Below are positions 19,056 through 27,227 of a stretch of DNA of 64,000 nucleotides, in pieces. The translations under genes and the position numbers were made by a program. Numbering within the stretch: position 1 is the stretch's first letter; each line of letters begins with the position of its first letter. A model generated the notes under the pieces. The model did not search any database, was not told the origin of the DNA, and saw only the letters and a program-made list of their open reading frames with translations. The DNA is from a virus (lineage: Duplodnaviria > Caudoviricetes), in the IMG/VR virus record IMGVR_UViG_3300027121_000002, positions 2,120 through 66,119 of that record. One strand, given 5' to 3'.

Positions 19056-19919
19056 TCAAATCCTCTTTACAATATTTTTAAACATGCCCTCAAGAGTAAA
19101 ATACTCTTCATACACTTTTCTTCCATTCTCAAGAAGTCTATTATATTCTACATCAGAAATTGATTTTAGTATAGTATCAATATCTTCAATCTCATCTTCA
19201 TTTACAGGAACACAAAAATCATTCCAATCTAATTCATCCATCCAAGGAAGGTAATGAACATCTGAAATATAAACCGGAACAGTTCCCAATTGAAGAATTT
19301 CATACATTCTAAAACTACTCTTCCCATAACCTCTTGGAGCAAGTCCAAATTTACTAGCGCAGGTTATGTCCAGAAATCTCTCAAAGTTGTCCATAGGGAC
19401 TGTCGTAGACCAGTTTCCGGCAGAAATTTCATAACCTTCCTTTCCAGATAAATGATTACACATATCCATACGAATTGGATGAGTATTTCTAGAACCAACA
19501 AAAGAAGCAAAAATTGTTTTCTCTTTTTGTGGAATTAATTCTTTTGGAATAGAACTACAAATCAAAGGAATTGGAATGATATTATCACCTTCACGATTAC
19601 CACCAGCAGAAAAAATTAATGTATCTTCTGGAAATTTCTCAAAAGGACCATCATCAAATTGAGATACTGTAAAATATTTTCCATCAGATGAAAGAACAGA
19701 ATTCAATTGATCTTGGACATTTTCATACTGTTGTCCTGCAAACATTGAATTGCAAAAATTATTCGTCCAGAAGACATCAATGTATTGCCTATCAGTTTCA
19801 ATATTTTCTTCGTTCCACCTCTTAAAGAAATATTCTTCAAGATACTCTCCAGTATGATATGGAGGATATGTTGGTGAGATAGATACAGGTCTTAATGCAT
19901 CATTTTTTATAAGTACCAT
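19056..19919 (-). CDS. Exostosin (GT47)-like glycosyltransferase
   Basis: SKFGLAPRGYG..SFRMYE....GTVPV.ISD..LP. Confidence 0.85.
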   Translation of the reverse strand: MVLIKNDALRPVSISPTYPPYHTGEYLEEYFFKRWNEENIETDRQYIDVFWTNNFCNSMFAGQQYENVQDQLNSVLSSDGKYFTVSQFDDGPFEKFPEDTLIFSAGGNREGDNIIPIPLICSSIPKELIPQKEKTIFASFVGSRNTHPIRMDMCNHLSGKEGYEISAGNWSTTVPMDNFERFLDITCASKFGLAPRGYGKSSFRMYEILQLGTVPVYISDVHYLPWMDELDWNDFCVPVNEDEIEDIDTILKSISDVEYNRLLENGRKVYEEYFTLEGMFKNIVKRI

Positions 19920-20623
19920 AGTTTTTCCTCTTTAAATCTTTTAGTTTTTTCTTCTACACCCACCATCCAATTATTGTGGACTATTACAGCATTTTCTTTC
20001 TTTCCTTCATTATAGTACACATGTCCATTGGGAAACAAGTCTGGACTCAATATTGCAATATAATCTCTATATTTTTTCAAAGCAATCTCATTTACAATCA
20101 GTTGGTCGTCTTCAATCTCATTTGAACCACACTCATTCACCAAAGATTCACACTCTTTAGTGTCATTAAAAACCATAAACCCAGAACAAAGAGTGGAACC
20201 TGGACTATCTGATTGAAATAAAATTTCTTCATTTCCTTCGATCAATTCAATTGGATTTTTAACAAATACAATATCAGTATCTACCCAACATAGATTTTTA
20301 TTTTCTTGATAAATTTTTTTAATAATAGACCATTTATTTTTAACAATATTCCTAAAACCACTTTGACTATCAAATGTCCAATCCTGATATTCTGTGATTG
20401 GTTGATCTATGTGGAGAAAAGTATTTTTATAGTGCTTTAAGTTTTCATATGCATTTACATCCAAACAAGCAATGTAAAAATTATCCATATCAATTCCCAC
20501 ATTTTCTGCAGAAATTAACATATTCTTACAGATGTCTGTACATCCACTATTTAAAAATGTTAAAAATTTCATCTGTCTAATATTTTTTCCAAGGTCAATG
20601 TTTTTCCTGTATTTTTCCACCAC
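19907..20623 (-). CDS. Nucleotide-diphospho-sugar transferase
   Basis: WVDTDIVF..NP, CSGFM, DDQ, LFPNG, VHNNW. Confidence 0.82.
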   Translation of the reverse strand: MVEKYRKNIDLGKNIRQMKFLTFLNSGCTDICKNMLISAENVGIDMDNFYIACLDVNAYENLKHYKNTFLHIDQPITEYQDWTFDSQSGFRNIVKNKWSIIKKIYQENKNLCWVDTDIVFVKNPIELIEGNEEILFQSDSPGSTLCSGFMVFNDTKECESLVNECGSNEIEDDQLIVNEIALKKYRDYIAILSPDLFPNGHVYYNEGKKENAVIVHNNWMVGVEEKTKRFKEEKLWYL

Positions 20624-21375
20624 TCTAAAACATCAATATAAGATTGCAAATGATCCTCTTTGTATTTTTCCTCTAATGATATTCCGTAAAAAGTTGAAAC
20701 AAACTCAATTGATTCGACAAAAAGAGGAAAGGTATAAACATTATATAAAATTTTTTGATCTACAACAGATCTTGGTGAATAATAAATTAAGTTTTCTGCC
20801 AATGGTGCCCAATAATATTCTTCTGGATATTCTAATGAAAATTTTTCATCAGATGTAAAACTATCTATAATTATTTTAGCATACTCTCTAGAAACAAGAT
20901 ACGCACCAACAGACCAATCATCCCAATATCTTCTTCTCAATTTAATTGAGTTTAAATTTTTCCCAATACACATCAATTGAATACAATCCCAATTTTCAGG
21001 AAGATTGTGTATAAACTCACTCCAAGTAAAATTCCAATATTGAACCGTTTCTAAACTCAGGTCATCTTCACAAAAGAACGCATATGGATCATCAGTTTCA
21101 TCGTACCACTTTTTTATCATTTTTAAATGCGAAACCGTGGCACCAATTGTCCCCAAATCCATTACAAACTTGTATTTTCCAATCACACTAGGGTCATTTT
21201 CAACTTGTCTTTCAGACAAAAGAAAATTAATTTCTTGAATATTATAATTTAAAAATTCATCTTGAATATTTTTTCTTCTGTCTTTGCACTCAATTAAACT
21301 AGCACAATAAATCTTAGGAAAATTATTCAATTTATTCATACCAAAATCACTGTCCATAAATGCACATATCTTCAA
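20569..21375 (-). CDS. GT25-like glycosyltransferase
   Basis: [22 protein letters not shown]. Confidence 0.8.
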   Translation of the reverse strand: MKICAFMDSDFGMNKLNNFPKIYCASLIECKDRRKNIQDEFLNYNIQEINFLLSERQVENDPSVIGKYKFVMDLGTIGATVSHLKMIKKWYDETDDPYAFFCEDDLSLETVQYWNFTWSEFIHNLPENWDCIQLMCIGKNLNSIKLRRRYWDDWSVGAYLVSREYAKIIIDSFTSDEKFSLEYPEEYYWAPLAENLIYYSPRSVVDQKILYNVYTFPLFVESIEFVSTFYGISLEEKYKEDHLQSYIDVLEWWKNTGKTLTLEKILDR

Positions 21376-22348
21376 CTAATTGTTTAAATGAAATCTTAGG
21401 TTCCCAACCTAGTTTTTCCTTTGCCTTAGAGGCATCACCTAATAAAGTCTCTACTTCAGCAGGTCTAAAATATTTAGGATCAACTCTAATCACTGCTCTA
21501 TTAGTATTAGAATCAATTCCAACTTCATCCAAACCTTCACCAAACCATACAATATTCATACCAAAATAAGGTGCTGCTTCATTTACAAATTCACGAACAG
21601 AATACTGTTCTCCAGTAGCAATCACATAATCATCGGGTTCATCCTGTTGAAGCATCAACCACATTGCTTCTACAAAGTCCTGAGCATGTCCCCAATCCCG
21701 TTTAGCATTCAAGTTGCCCAGATACAAACAATCTTGAAGTCCAACAGAAATCTTAGAGAGTGCCTGCGTAATCTTACGAGTTACAAAAGTCTCACCACGA
21801 CGAGGAGATTCGTGATTGAAGAGAATACCAGTGCAGGCATACATTCCATATGCCTCACGATAGTTCTTCGTAATCCAATATCCATAGAGTTTTGCCACAC
21901 CATAAGGAGATCGTGGATAGAAGGGTGTATTCTCCTTCTGTGGGGTCTCCTGAACTAATCCGTAGAGTTCACTTGTAGATGCCTGGTAGATGCGTACACG
22001 GTCTTCCATGCCCAGGAGACGCACTGATTCAAGAACCCTAAGAGTTCCTATAGCATCCACATCAGCAGTGTATTCAGGCATCTCAAAGGATACTTTGACA
22101 TGACTCTGAGCACCAAGATTATAAATTTCATCCGGTTGAACTAATTGAATAACTCTAACAAGATTAGTACTATCAGTGAGATCTCCATAGTGGAGATGCA
22201 ATCTATTGTAAATATGATCAATTCTATGGGTATTAATTAAAGAAGATCTCCTAATAATACCATGAACCTGATATCCTTTTTCCAAAAGAAGTTCTGCAAG
22301 ATAAGATCCATCTTGTCCCGTAATACCAGTAATTAAAGCAACTTTCAT
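21347..22348 (-). CDS. gmd: GDP-mannose 4,6-dehydratase
   Basis: [47 protein letters not shown]. Confidence 0.97.
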   Translation of the reverse strand: MKVALITGITGQDGSYLAELLLEKGYQVHGIIRRSSLINTHRIDHIYNRLHLHYGDLTDSTNLVRVIQLVQPDEIYNLGAQSHVKVSFEMPEYTADVDAIGTLRVLESVRLLGMEDRVRIYQASTSELYGLVQETPQKENTPFYPRSPYGVAKLYGYWITKNYREAYGMYACTGILFNHESPRRGETFVTRKITQALSKISVGLQDCLYLGNLNAKRDWGHAQDFVEAMWLMLQQDEPDDYVIATGEQYSVREFVNEAAPYFGMNIVWFGEGLDEVGIDSNTNRAVIRVDPKYFRPAEVETLLGDASKAKEKLGWEPKISFKQLVEDMCIYGQ

Positions 22349-22374
22349 ATGATAAAGTCTTTTGTATCATTATA

Positions 22375-22455
22375 CAAAAAAAAGAGAGTTTATGCAACTC
22401 TCCTATAGATCTTTTGGTCTCGCCACCAATTCTTTAACTGGAAATTGAAACCTAT
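22375..22455 (-). ncRNA. Possible remnant (3' half) of a wcaG-like cyanophage RNA motif, plus terminator hairpin
   Basis: GGTTTCAATTTCCAGTTAAAGAATTGGTGGCGAGACC directly upstream of gmd; GAGAGTT-GCATA-AACTCTC plus T-run. Confidence 0.4.
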
Positions 22456-22482
22456 TTGCTACTTACAAATAAAATTAATTAC

Positions 22483-22737
22483 TTATTTTATTTCAAATTC
22501 CATTTTTCTAATTTTCCGATTTCTTCTTGACTCTTGATAAGCAAGATCTTCTCTAGAAAAAATAGAAGAAGAATTATTTTTTTGATTTGAATTTGATATC
22601 AATTCAACCTTTGTCAAATCTATAGCAGTAATAGTTTCGCCTTTTGTGGTTGTCATATTATCACATCCACAACATTTGGTTTGTGTTGGATGTGATAATA
22701 ATTCTACATTGCACATTTTACATCTAATCTTTAACAT
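22483..22737 (-). CDS. Small Cys-rich (Zn-binding) hypothetical protein
   Basis: CKMC...CCGCDN. Confidence 0.75.
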   Translation of the reverse strand: MLKIRCKMCNVELLSHPTQTKCCGCDNMTTTKGETITAIDLTKVELISNSNQKNNSSSIFSREDLAYQESRRNRKIRKMEFEIK

Positions 22738-22790
22738 TTTAGTATATTCCTTTAATTTGTCAAGTTTTCATATTATAACATTATTTTTTT

Positions 22791-23225
22791 TTATTCAAGA
22801 AAAGATCTCAACATCCAAACAAACTTTCCATGTGCTTCGTTCAGATCATCAACAATATTGACAGTTCCTCTTGATTTTTGATTTTCTGCTTCTTCAGCAA
22901 CTTCACCTAACATATCTATAATCTTTTTATGACCTTCAAGCAAATCTTTAATCATTTCCATTTCAGAAATATTAGTTTTTGCTTCTCCAACACCAGAAAC
23001 TTCTAAAACTCTAGACAAAGAACTAATTGGTTTAATATTCAAAAATCTCATATGTTCTGAGATACGATCAACTTCTTCTTGAATTTGTAAATATTGCTCA
23101 CCGAACAAATCATGAATTTGTTTAAAATCAGGTCCAACAATATGCCAATGATAAACCCATGTTTTTTGAAATAGCAAAAAAAGTGATGCCTGAGCATCAC
23201 TTAAAAGTTTAAACAATTTTTCCAT
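22791..23225 (-). CDS. dps: Dps/ferritin-like DNA-protection protein
   Basis: YHWHIVGPDFKQIHDLFGEQY, DRISEH, WMLRS; TAAATA upstream. Confidence 0.9.
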   Translation of the reverse strand: MEKLFKLLSDAQASLFLLFQKTWVYHWHIVGPDFKQIHDLFGEQYLQIQEEVDRISEHMRFLNIKPISSLSRVLEVSGVGEAKTNISEMEMIKDLLEGHKKIIDMLGEVAEEAENQKSRGTVNIVDDLNEAHGKFVWMLRSFLE

Positions 23226-23274
23226 TATACTTCTTTTTTGAAGTATTTATAAGAAAGAAAAATTTTTTATCCAT

Positions 23275-23300
23275 AAAAAAAATCCCCCATAGGGGGGATT
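23275..23300 (-). terminator. Terminator after porin
   Basis: AATCCCCC/GGGGGATT stem followed by T-run on minus strand. Confidence 0.75.
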
Positions 23301-23315
23301 GAGATATAAAAAATA

Positions 23316-24800
23316 TCAGAACCTAAACTGGGTCTGAATTACACCACCATAGTTAGAGGAAGCATTCTTGAATCCCTGATTATTAGAGACATAGAAGATT
23401 GCAGGAGTGATGCTGATATTATCACTCACACGATAGCGATAGAAGGTTTCCCACATCAGGGAATCCTTTTTAAGGGAAGCAGCGTTGCCAGGAGCACCGA
23501 TGGCAAAACCAGCAGCATTACCCTTAGCAAACACATCTGCCCACTGGACACCAGCAAACCAAGTCTGAGACTTAGTAGCAGCACGGGGAGTAGCAGGACC
23601 TTCTACAGTGTTCCAACCATAGGCACCAGAGATTGAAGGAACAATGCCTGCCTTCTTAGGTTGCCAATAAGCATTCAATGCATAACCATTAGAGGTTTGA
23701 TTAGCAGCAAGAGTGCCAGCATTACCAGCAACACCGTTGAAGGTACGAACACGAGTACCTTCAGTACCATAACGATAACCAAATGCAATGCCGTACTGAG
23801 GAGCACGATAACCAAACTGTGCCAGAGTATTCAGAGCACCAGATTCATCAAATTCACCTTTGCTAGAATCAGAACCGTTCTGGGCAACATAGTTTACACC
23901 AGCAACGAAACCACCCTTACCTTTCTTGGTAGGTTGTGCCCACTGAGCACCGAAACCAGAACCAGTTGCCTTGTTGTAGACACCGGGAGCACCAGCAACA
24001 GCAAAGAAGTCCAGAATGTCAGACTTATAAGCAGTAGGAATCCAAGACATCTCAGTGTTACGAACCAGAGCACCAGCAGTCAGAGTCACACCTTTAGCAA
24101 GTGCAGGGAACTGATAGTACAGACGGTCAAGTTGTACAGCATTGGCAAAACTTTCTGCCTTATCCAGTTTGAACAGAGAAGAGGAAGAACCAAAGGGTTG
24201 ACTGGAGAAATTACCAGAACGCAGACGAGTCTTCAGCAAATCCTTACCCGTGAAGGAAGTATCAAAGTTCAGACGAACATCATAGTTGAATGCTGTGTTG
24301 CCAACGTTAGAATTATTAGCAAGACGAGCGCCTTCTACACCACCAAGAACGAAGGTTGCTTCACCACGCAATTTAGATGTAGTGGAGAACTGAGTTGCCT
24401 GAAGTTGTCCAACTTGTGCTTCGAGTTTATCAACACGACCACGAATAACTAGAAGTTCTTCAGAAAACTCTTTCGAAAGACGTTGGAGTTCATCAGTCAC
24501 TTCGGTTACACGATCAAGGCAAGCATTCAGAAGTGCTGCTGCCTCATAACGGGTCATTGCCTTACCACCACCATAAGTGCCGTTAGGATAACCAGCAACG
24601 CAACCATAACGCTCTACAAGGTTGCTGAGTGCCTGATATGCCCAATCGGAAGGTTGAACATCAGAGAATTGAGTGACGCTTGTTGCCTGCTCAGAAGAGT
24701 ATTGATTGACTGCTGCAATATTAAGATCTGCGGCATTCGCAGCAGCAGGAGCAATCATACCAAGGGCAACGGGTGCAAGCATCAGTTGTTTGATTTTCAT
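23316..24800 (-). CDS. Cyanobacterial SLH-domain porin (Som/OprB-like)
   Basis: Signal peptide; FSDVQPSDWAYQAL...YGCVAGYPNGT; TRYEAAALLNACL; QFSTTSKLRG; C-terminal F. Confidence 0.93.
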   Translation of the reverse strand: MKIKQLMLAPVALGMIAPAAANAADLNIAAVNQYSSEQATSVTQFSDVQPSDWAYQALSNLVERYGCVAGYPNGTYGGGKAMTRYEAAALLNACLDRVTEVTDELQRLSKEFSEELLVIRGRVDKLEAQVGQLQATQFSTTSKLRGEATFVLGGVEGARLANNSNVGNTAFNYDVRLNFDTSFTGKDLLKTRLRSGNFSSQPFGSSSSLFKLDKAESFANAVQLDRLYYQFPALAKGVTLTAGALVRNTEMSWIPTAYKSDILDFFAVAGAPGVYNKATGSGFGAQWAQPTKKGKGGFVAGVNYVAQNGSDSSKGEFDESGALNTLAQFGYRAPQYGIAFGYRYGTEGTRVRTFNGVAGNAGTLAANQTSNGYALNAYWQPKKAGIVPSISGAYGWNTVEGPATPRAATKSQTWFAGVQWADVFAKGNAAGFAIGAPGNAASLKKDSLMWETFYRYRVSDNISITPAIFYVSNNQGFKNASSNYGGVIQTQFRF

Positions 24801-24865
24801 AAAAATGTTTTTATATACTAAACGATATTGTGAAGATTTACAACAAAGTAAATCTTCGTTATTTA

Positions 24866-24941
24866 GGAGGTCTTAAGCAAACCTTAAGACAAAAGTATCT
24901 TAGGACACTTTAGGTCTTAAGTCAATTAAAATTTTATTAAG
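24866..24941 (-). promoter_or_regulatory. sigma70-like promoter with 11-bp-phased CTTAA repeats (Pho-box-like)
   Basis: TTGACT-N17-TAAGAT (24925..24897); CTTAAG at 24872, 24883 and 24916. Confidence 0.5.
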
Positions 24942-24980
24942 GGGGAGATTTACAGAACTCCCCACATTTATTCTATTTTA

Positions 24981-25628
24981 TCAAACTTCTACCGTGATCA
25001 GTTTAGAAGCATATTCATGAGCATAAGATGTGCGAGCACCATGAATGCCCCAACCAATCCAACTATACGCATAGTCCATGTAACGATTGATAGATTTTCC
25101 AGGAGTTTTCATCCTGTCAGCAATTCGTTTCCATTGAACCTCAGTCGTTAGATAACCAAGTTGCGTTTGAAAAGATGATGGATTTCCACCAAATCTCTTA
25201 GCAAAATCACCCAATCCATAATAACGATCGGCAGATGTCCATTGGATCAGACCATAACCACGACCGCAGTGATGGTACTGAGTCCTACTACCACCTTCAC
25301 AAATATTAGGGACGAACATAGATTCCTGCTTAATATTGCCCAGGATAGTAGCAAGGGCGTTTCTGTCTTTAATTCCTTGTTCTTGGAAATAATCCAAGGC
25401 AAGTGATTCATGTTCTGAACACCCTTTACAAATTAACCTTTTCTCTTTTGGTTTTTCGGGAGCAACCTCTCGGATTGCTGTCTTCTTTTCATCTACAAGA
25501 TTCAATTTGGTTAGTTCTTCCAATGGTGGAGGAGGACCTTGCATCTTGTATTTGACGAATGGCAGTGATGCCGTGCTGGTTGTAACCGTTGCCAAAAGGG
25601 GCAAGGCTACTGTAAAGATTGATTGCAT
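24981..25628 (-). CDS. Phage tail lysozyme (Phage_lysozyme2-like)
   Basis: ALATILGNIKQES, GYGLIQWT. Confidence 0.85.
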   Translation of the reverse strand: MQSIFTVALPLLATVTTSTASLPFVKYKMQGPPPPLEELTKLNLVDEKKTAIREVAPEKPKEKRLICKGCSEHESLALDYFQEQGIKDRNALATILGNIKQESMFVPNICEGGSRTQYHHCGRGYGLIQWTSADRYYGLGDFAKRFGGNPSSFQTQLGYLTTEVQWKRIADRMKTPGKSINRYMDYAYSWIGWGIHGARTSYAHEYASKLITVEV

Positions 25629-25639
25629 TTAAAATAATT

Positions 25640-25703
25640 GAACTCTACATCCGTATAGAAGGGGGGTATACCAACCCTCTCGGGAGGCACCTTCCACGGC
25701 TCT
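25640..25703 (-). ncRNA. Candidate structured 5' leader RNA
   Basis: GC-rich patch; CCGTGGAAGG/CCTTCTATACGG stem, CCC-GAGA-GGG GNRA hairpin, GGTATACC palindrome. Confidence 0.5.
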
Positions 25704-25792
25704 AATTGTCACGATCAAAAACTCATAATATTAAAACCTACTCATAATAGGAATCCTTAAGGATTTTTTCATTATATCAGATTATTTAGATT

Positions 25793-25990
25793 TTATTCAA
25801 AATCTACAAAATAACCACTGATATATTCCAAAGATAATACTTCAAGATTTTCTTTTTGAATTACCCAATCACGAATTTCACTATAAACACTTTCGGCATC
25901 TTTAATTCTTTTTTCATCACATAAAGAATGCATACGGTCAATATGATTATTAATCACATCATTGCACATTTTCTTGACGTGAAGTTTCAT
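25793..25990 (-). CDS. Hypothetical protein
   Basis: 65-aa ORF with RBS-like AGGA upstream. Confidence 0.7.
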   Translation of the reverse strand: MKLHVKKMCNDVINNHIDRMHSLCDEKRIKDAESVYSEIRDWVIQKENLEVLSLEYISGYFVDFE

Positions 25991-26030
25991 TGAAGTAATC
26001 CTTCCTAAAGTATCTTGAAAGTATGTTTAT
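25959..26030 (-). pseudogene. C-terminal remnant of resident endonuclease II (DenA-like) gene
   Basis: Reads INILSRYFRKDYFNE..., matching the recalled family C-terminus NILxRYFRKDY. Confidence 0.6.
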
Positions 26031-26138
26031 ATCCTATCACACGTTCAAAATTTTAGCAACATACCCCTTATGTTGTTCTATGTTACAAAAGACCAAAAGT
26101 ATTTTCTATAAATAATTTTAACGGAAGAAAGTATTTTT

Positions 26139-26996
26139 ATGGAATGGAAATATAACGAAGAAGATTTAATTGAAATCCCAAAAGAAATGGAAGGGTTTGT
26201 ATATTTAATTACTAATCTCACGAATAATAAAAAGTATGTTGGTAAGAAACATTTTTGGACTCGTCAAAAAGATAGAAAAACTGGAAGAAGAAAAAAGAAA
26301 GAAAGTGATTGGAGACATTATTATGGCTCTTGTGATGGATTAAAGGAAGATATTAATTTAATTGGAAAAGAAAATTTCTTGAGAGAAATACTTTATCTAT
26401 GTCCTCACAAAAAATCTATGTCTTATTTTGAAACTTATGAACAATTTAAAAGAAATGTGTTAATGACTGACGAATATTATAATACAAATATTGAAGGAAG
26501 ATTTTTTGTAACCGAAAGAGCAGGGATATATGAAGTAGTATTAAAGAATGATAAATTTAGAGAATTGGCAAAAGATAGAATGATTGGAGAAAACAATCCA
26601 GCAAAAAGACCAGAAGTTAGAGAAAAATTAAGTGAGATGTTTTCTGGTGAAGGAAATCCTATGTATGGTTCAAAACTTACCGATGAACATAAAGAAAAAT
26701 TATTTTCGTCAAGAAAAAAAGCAATAACAGATGGAATTAACACTTGGGATAGTGTAATTTCTTATATGAAAGAAAAAGATATTCATTGGAACAAGTATAT
26801 AGAATTAATTGAAAAAAATAAAATATTTTATGTTGATGGGAATCCTATAAATTTAAAAACAATAAAAAATAAAATAAATCATAATTTAAAATTATGGGAA
26901 TGTTTAATCACTGGATATATTTCTACTGCTTCTGGTCTTTCAATATACCAAAAAAATAGAAATATTGATATTTTACAAAGAAAAGAGTTTAAATAA
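26139..26996 (+). CDS. GIY-YIG endonuclease (EndoII/DenA-like catalytic domain plus NUMOD3 extension), inverted orientation
   Basis: GFVYLITN..KKYVGKK, ESDWRHYYGS, YYNTNI; GENNPA and GEGNPMYG repeats; TATAAATA at 26107. Confidence 0.85.
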   Translation: MEWKYNEEDLIEIPKEMEGFVYLITNLTNNKKYVGKKHFWTRQKDRKTGRRKKKESDWRHYYGSCDGLKEDINLIGKENFLREILYLCPHKKSMSYFETYEQFKRNVLMTDEYYNTNIEGRFFVTERAGIYEVVLKNDKFRELAKDRMIGENNPAKRPEVREKLSEMFSGEGNPMYGSKLTDEHKEKLFSSRKKAITDGINTWDSVISYMKEKDIHWNKYIELIEKNKIFYVDGNPINLKTIKNKINHNLKLWECLITGYISTASGLSIYQKNRNIDILQRKEFK

Positions 26997-27005
26997 TTTA
27001 TGATT

Positions 27006-27104
27006 CTAAAAAAATTCTATCAAATAAACAAATCCAAAATTCTCTTGAATATCTTCTGTCTCAAAAACTTTTCCTTGATATAACCAAGGGTTTTCATAAC
27101 TCAT
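27006..27104 (-). pseudogene. N-terminal remnant of resident endonuclease II (DenA-like) gene
   Basis: MSYENPWLYQGKVFETEDIQENFGFVYLIEFF*, truncated just after the GFVY motif; promoters upstream intact. Confidence 0.75.
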
Positions 27105-27135
27105 CTGGGTCCCTAATAATATTCAAGTTATTTAT

Positions 27136-27196
27136 AGATATAACTTATCTTCAACCCTAACAGAGTGATTATAGTCATAAAAAAAGCACCTGTCAA
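27136..27196 (-). promoter_or_regulatory. Consensus early promoter with 44-bp element repeated at 61413..61456
   Basis: TTGACA-N17-TATAAT followed by CACTCTGTTAGGGTTGAAGATAA. Confidence 0.8.
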
Positions 27197-27227
27197 GAGG
27201 TGCTTGGTGTATTATAATAAAAGTGTT

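Noticed and set aside
23661-24821. Long plus-strand ORFs (263 aa, 112 aa) opposite the porin
   Set aside because: Antisense shadows of a codon-biased gene; no motifs or RBS
22740-25790. tRNA genes expected in this region of cyanophages
   Set aside because: No cloverleaf or T-loop GTTC(A/G)A context found by eye in the intergenic gaps
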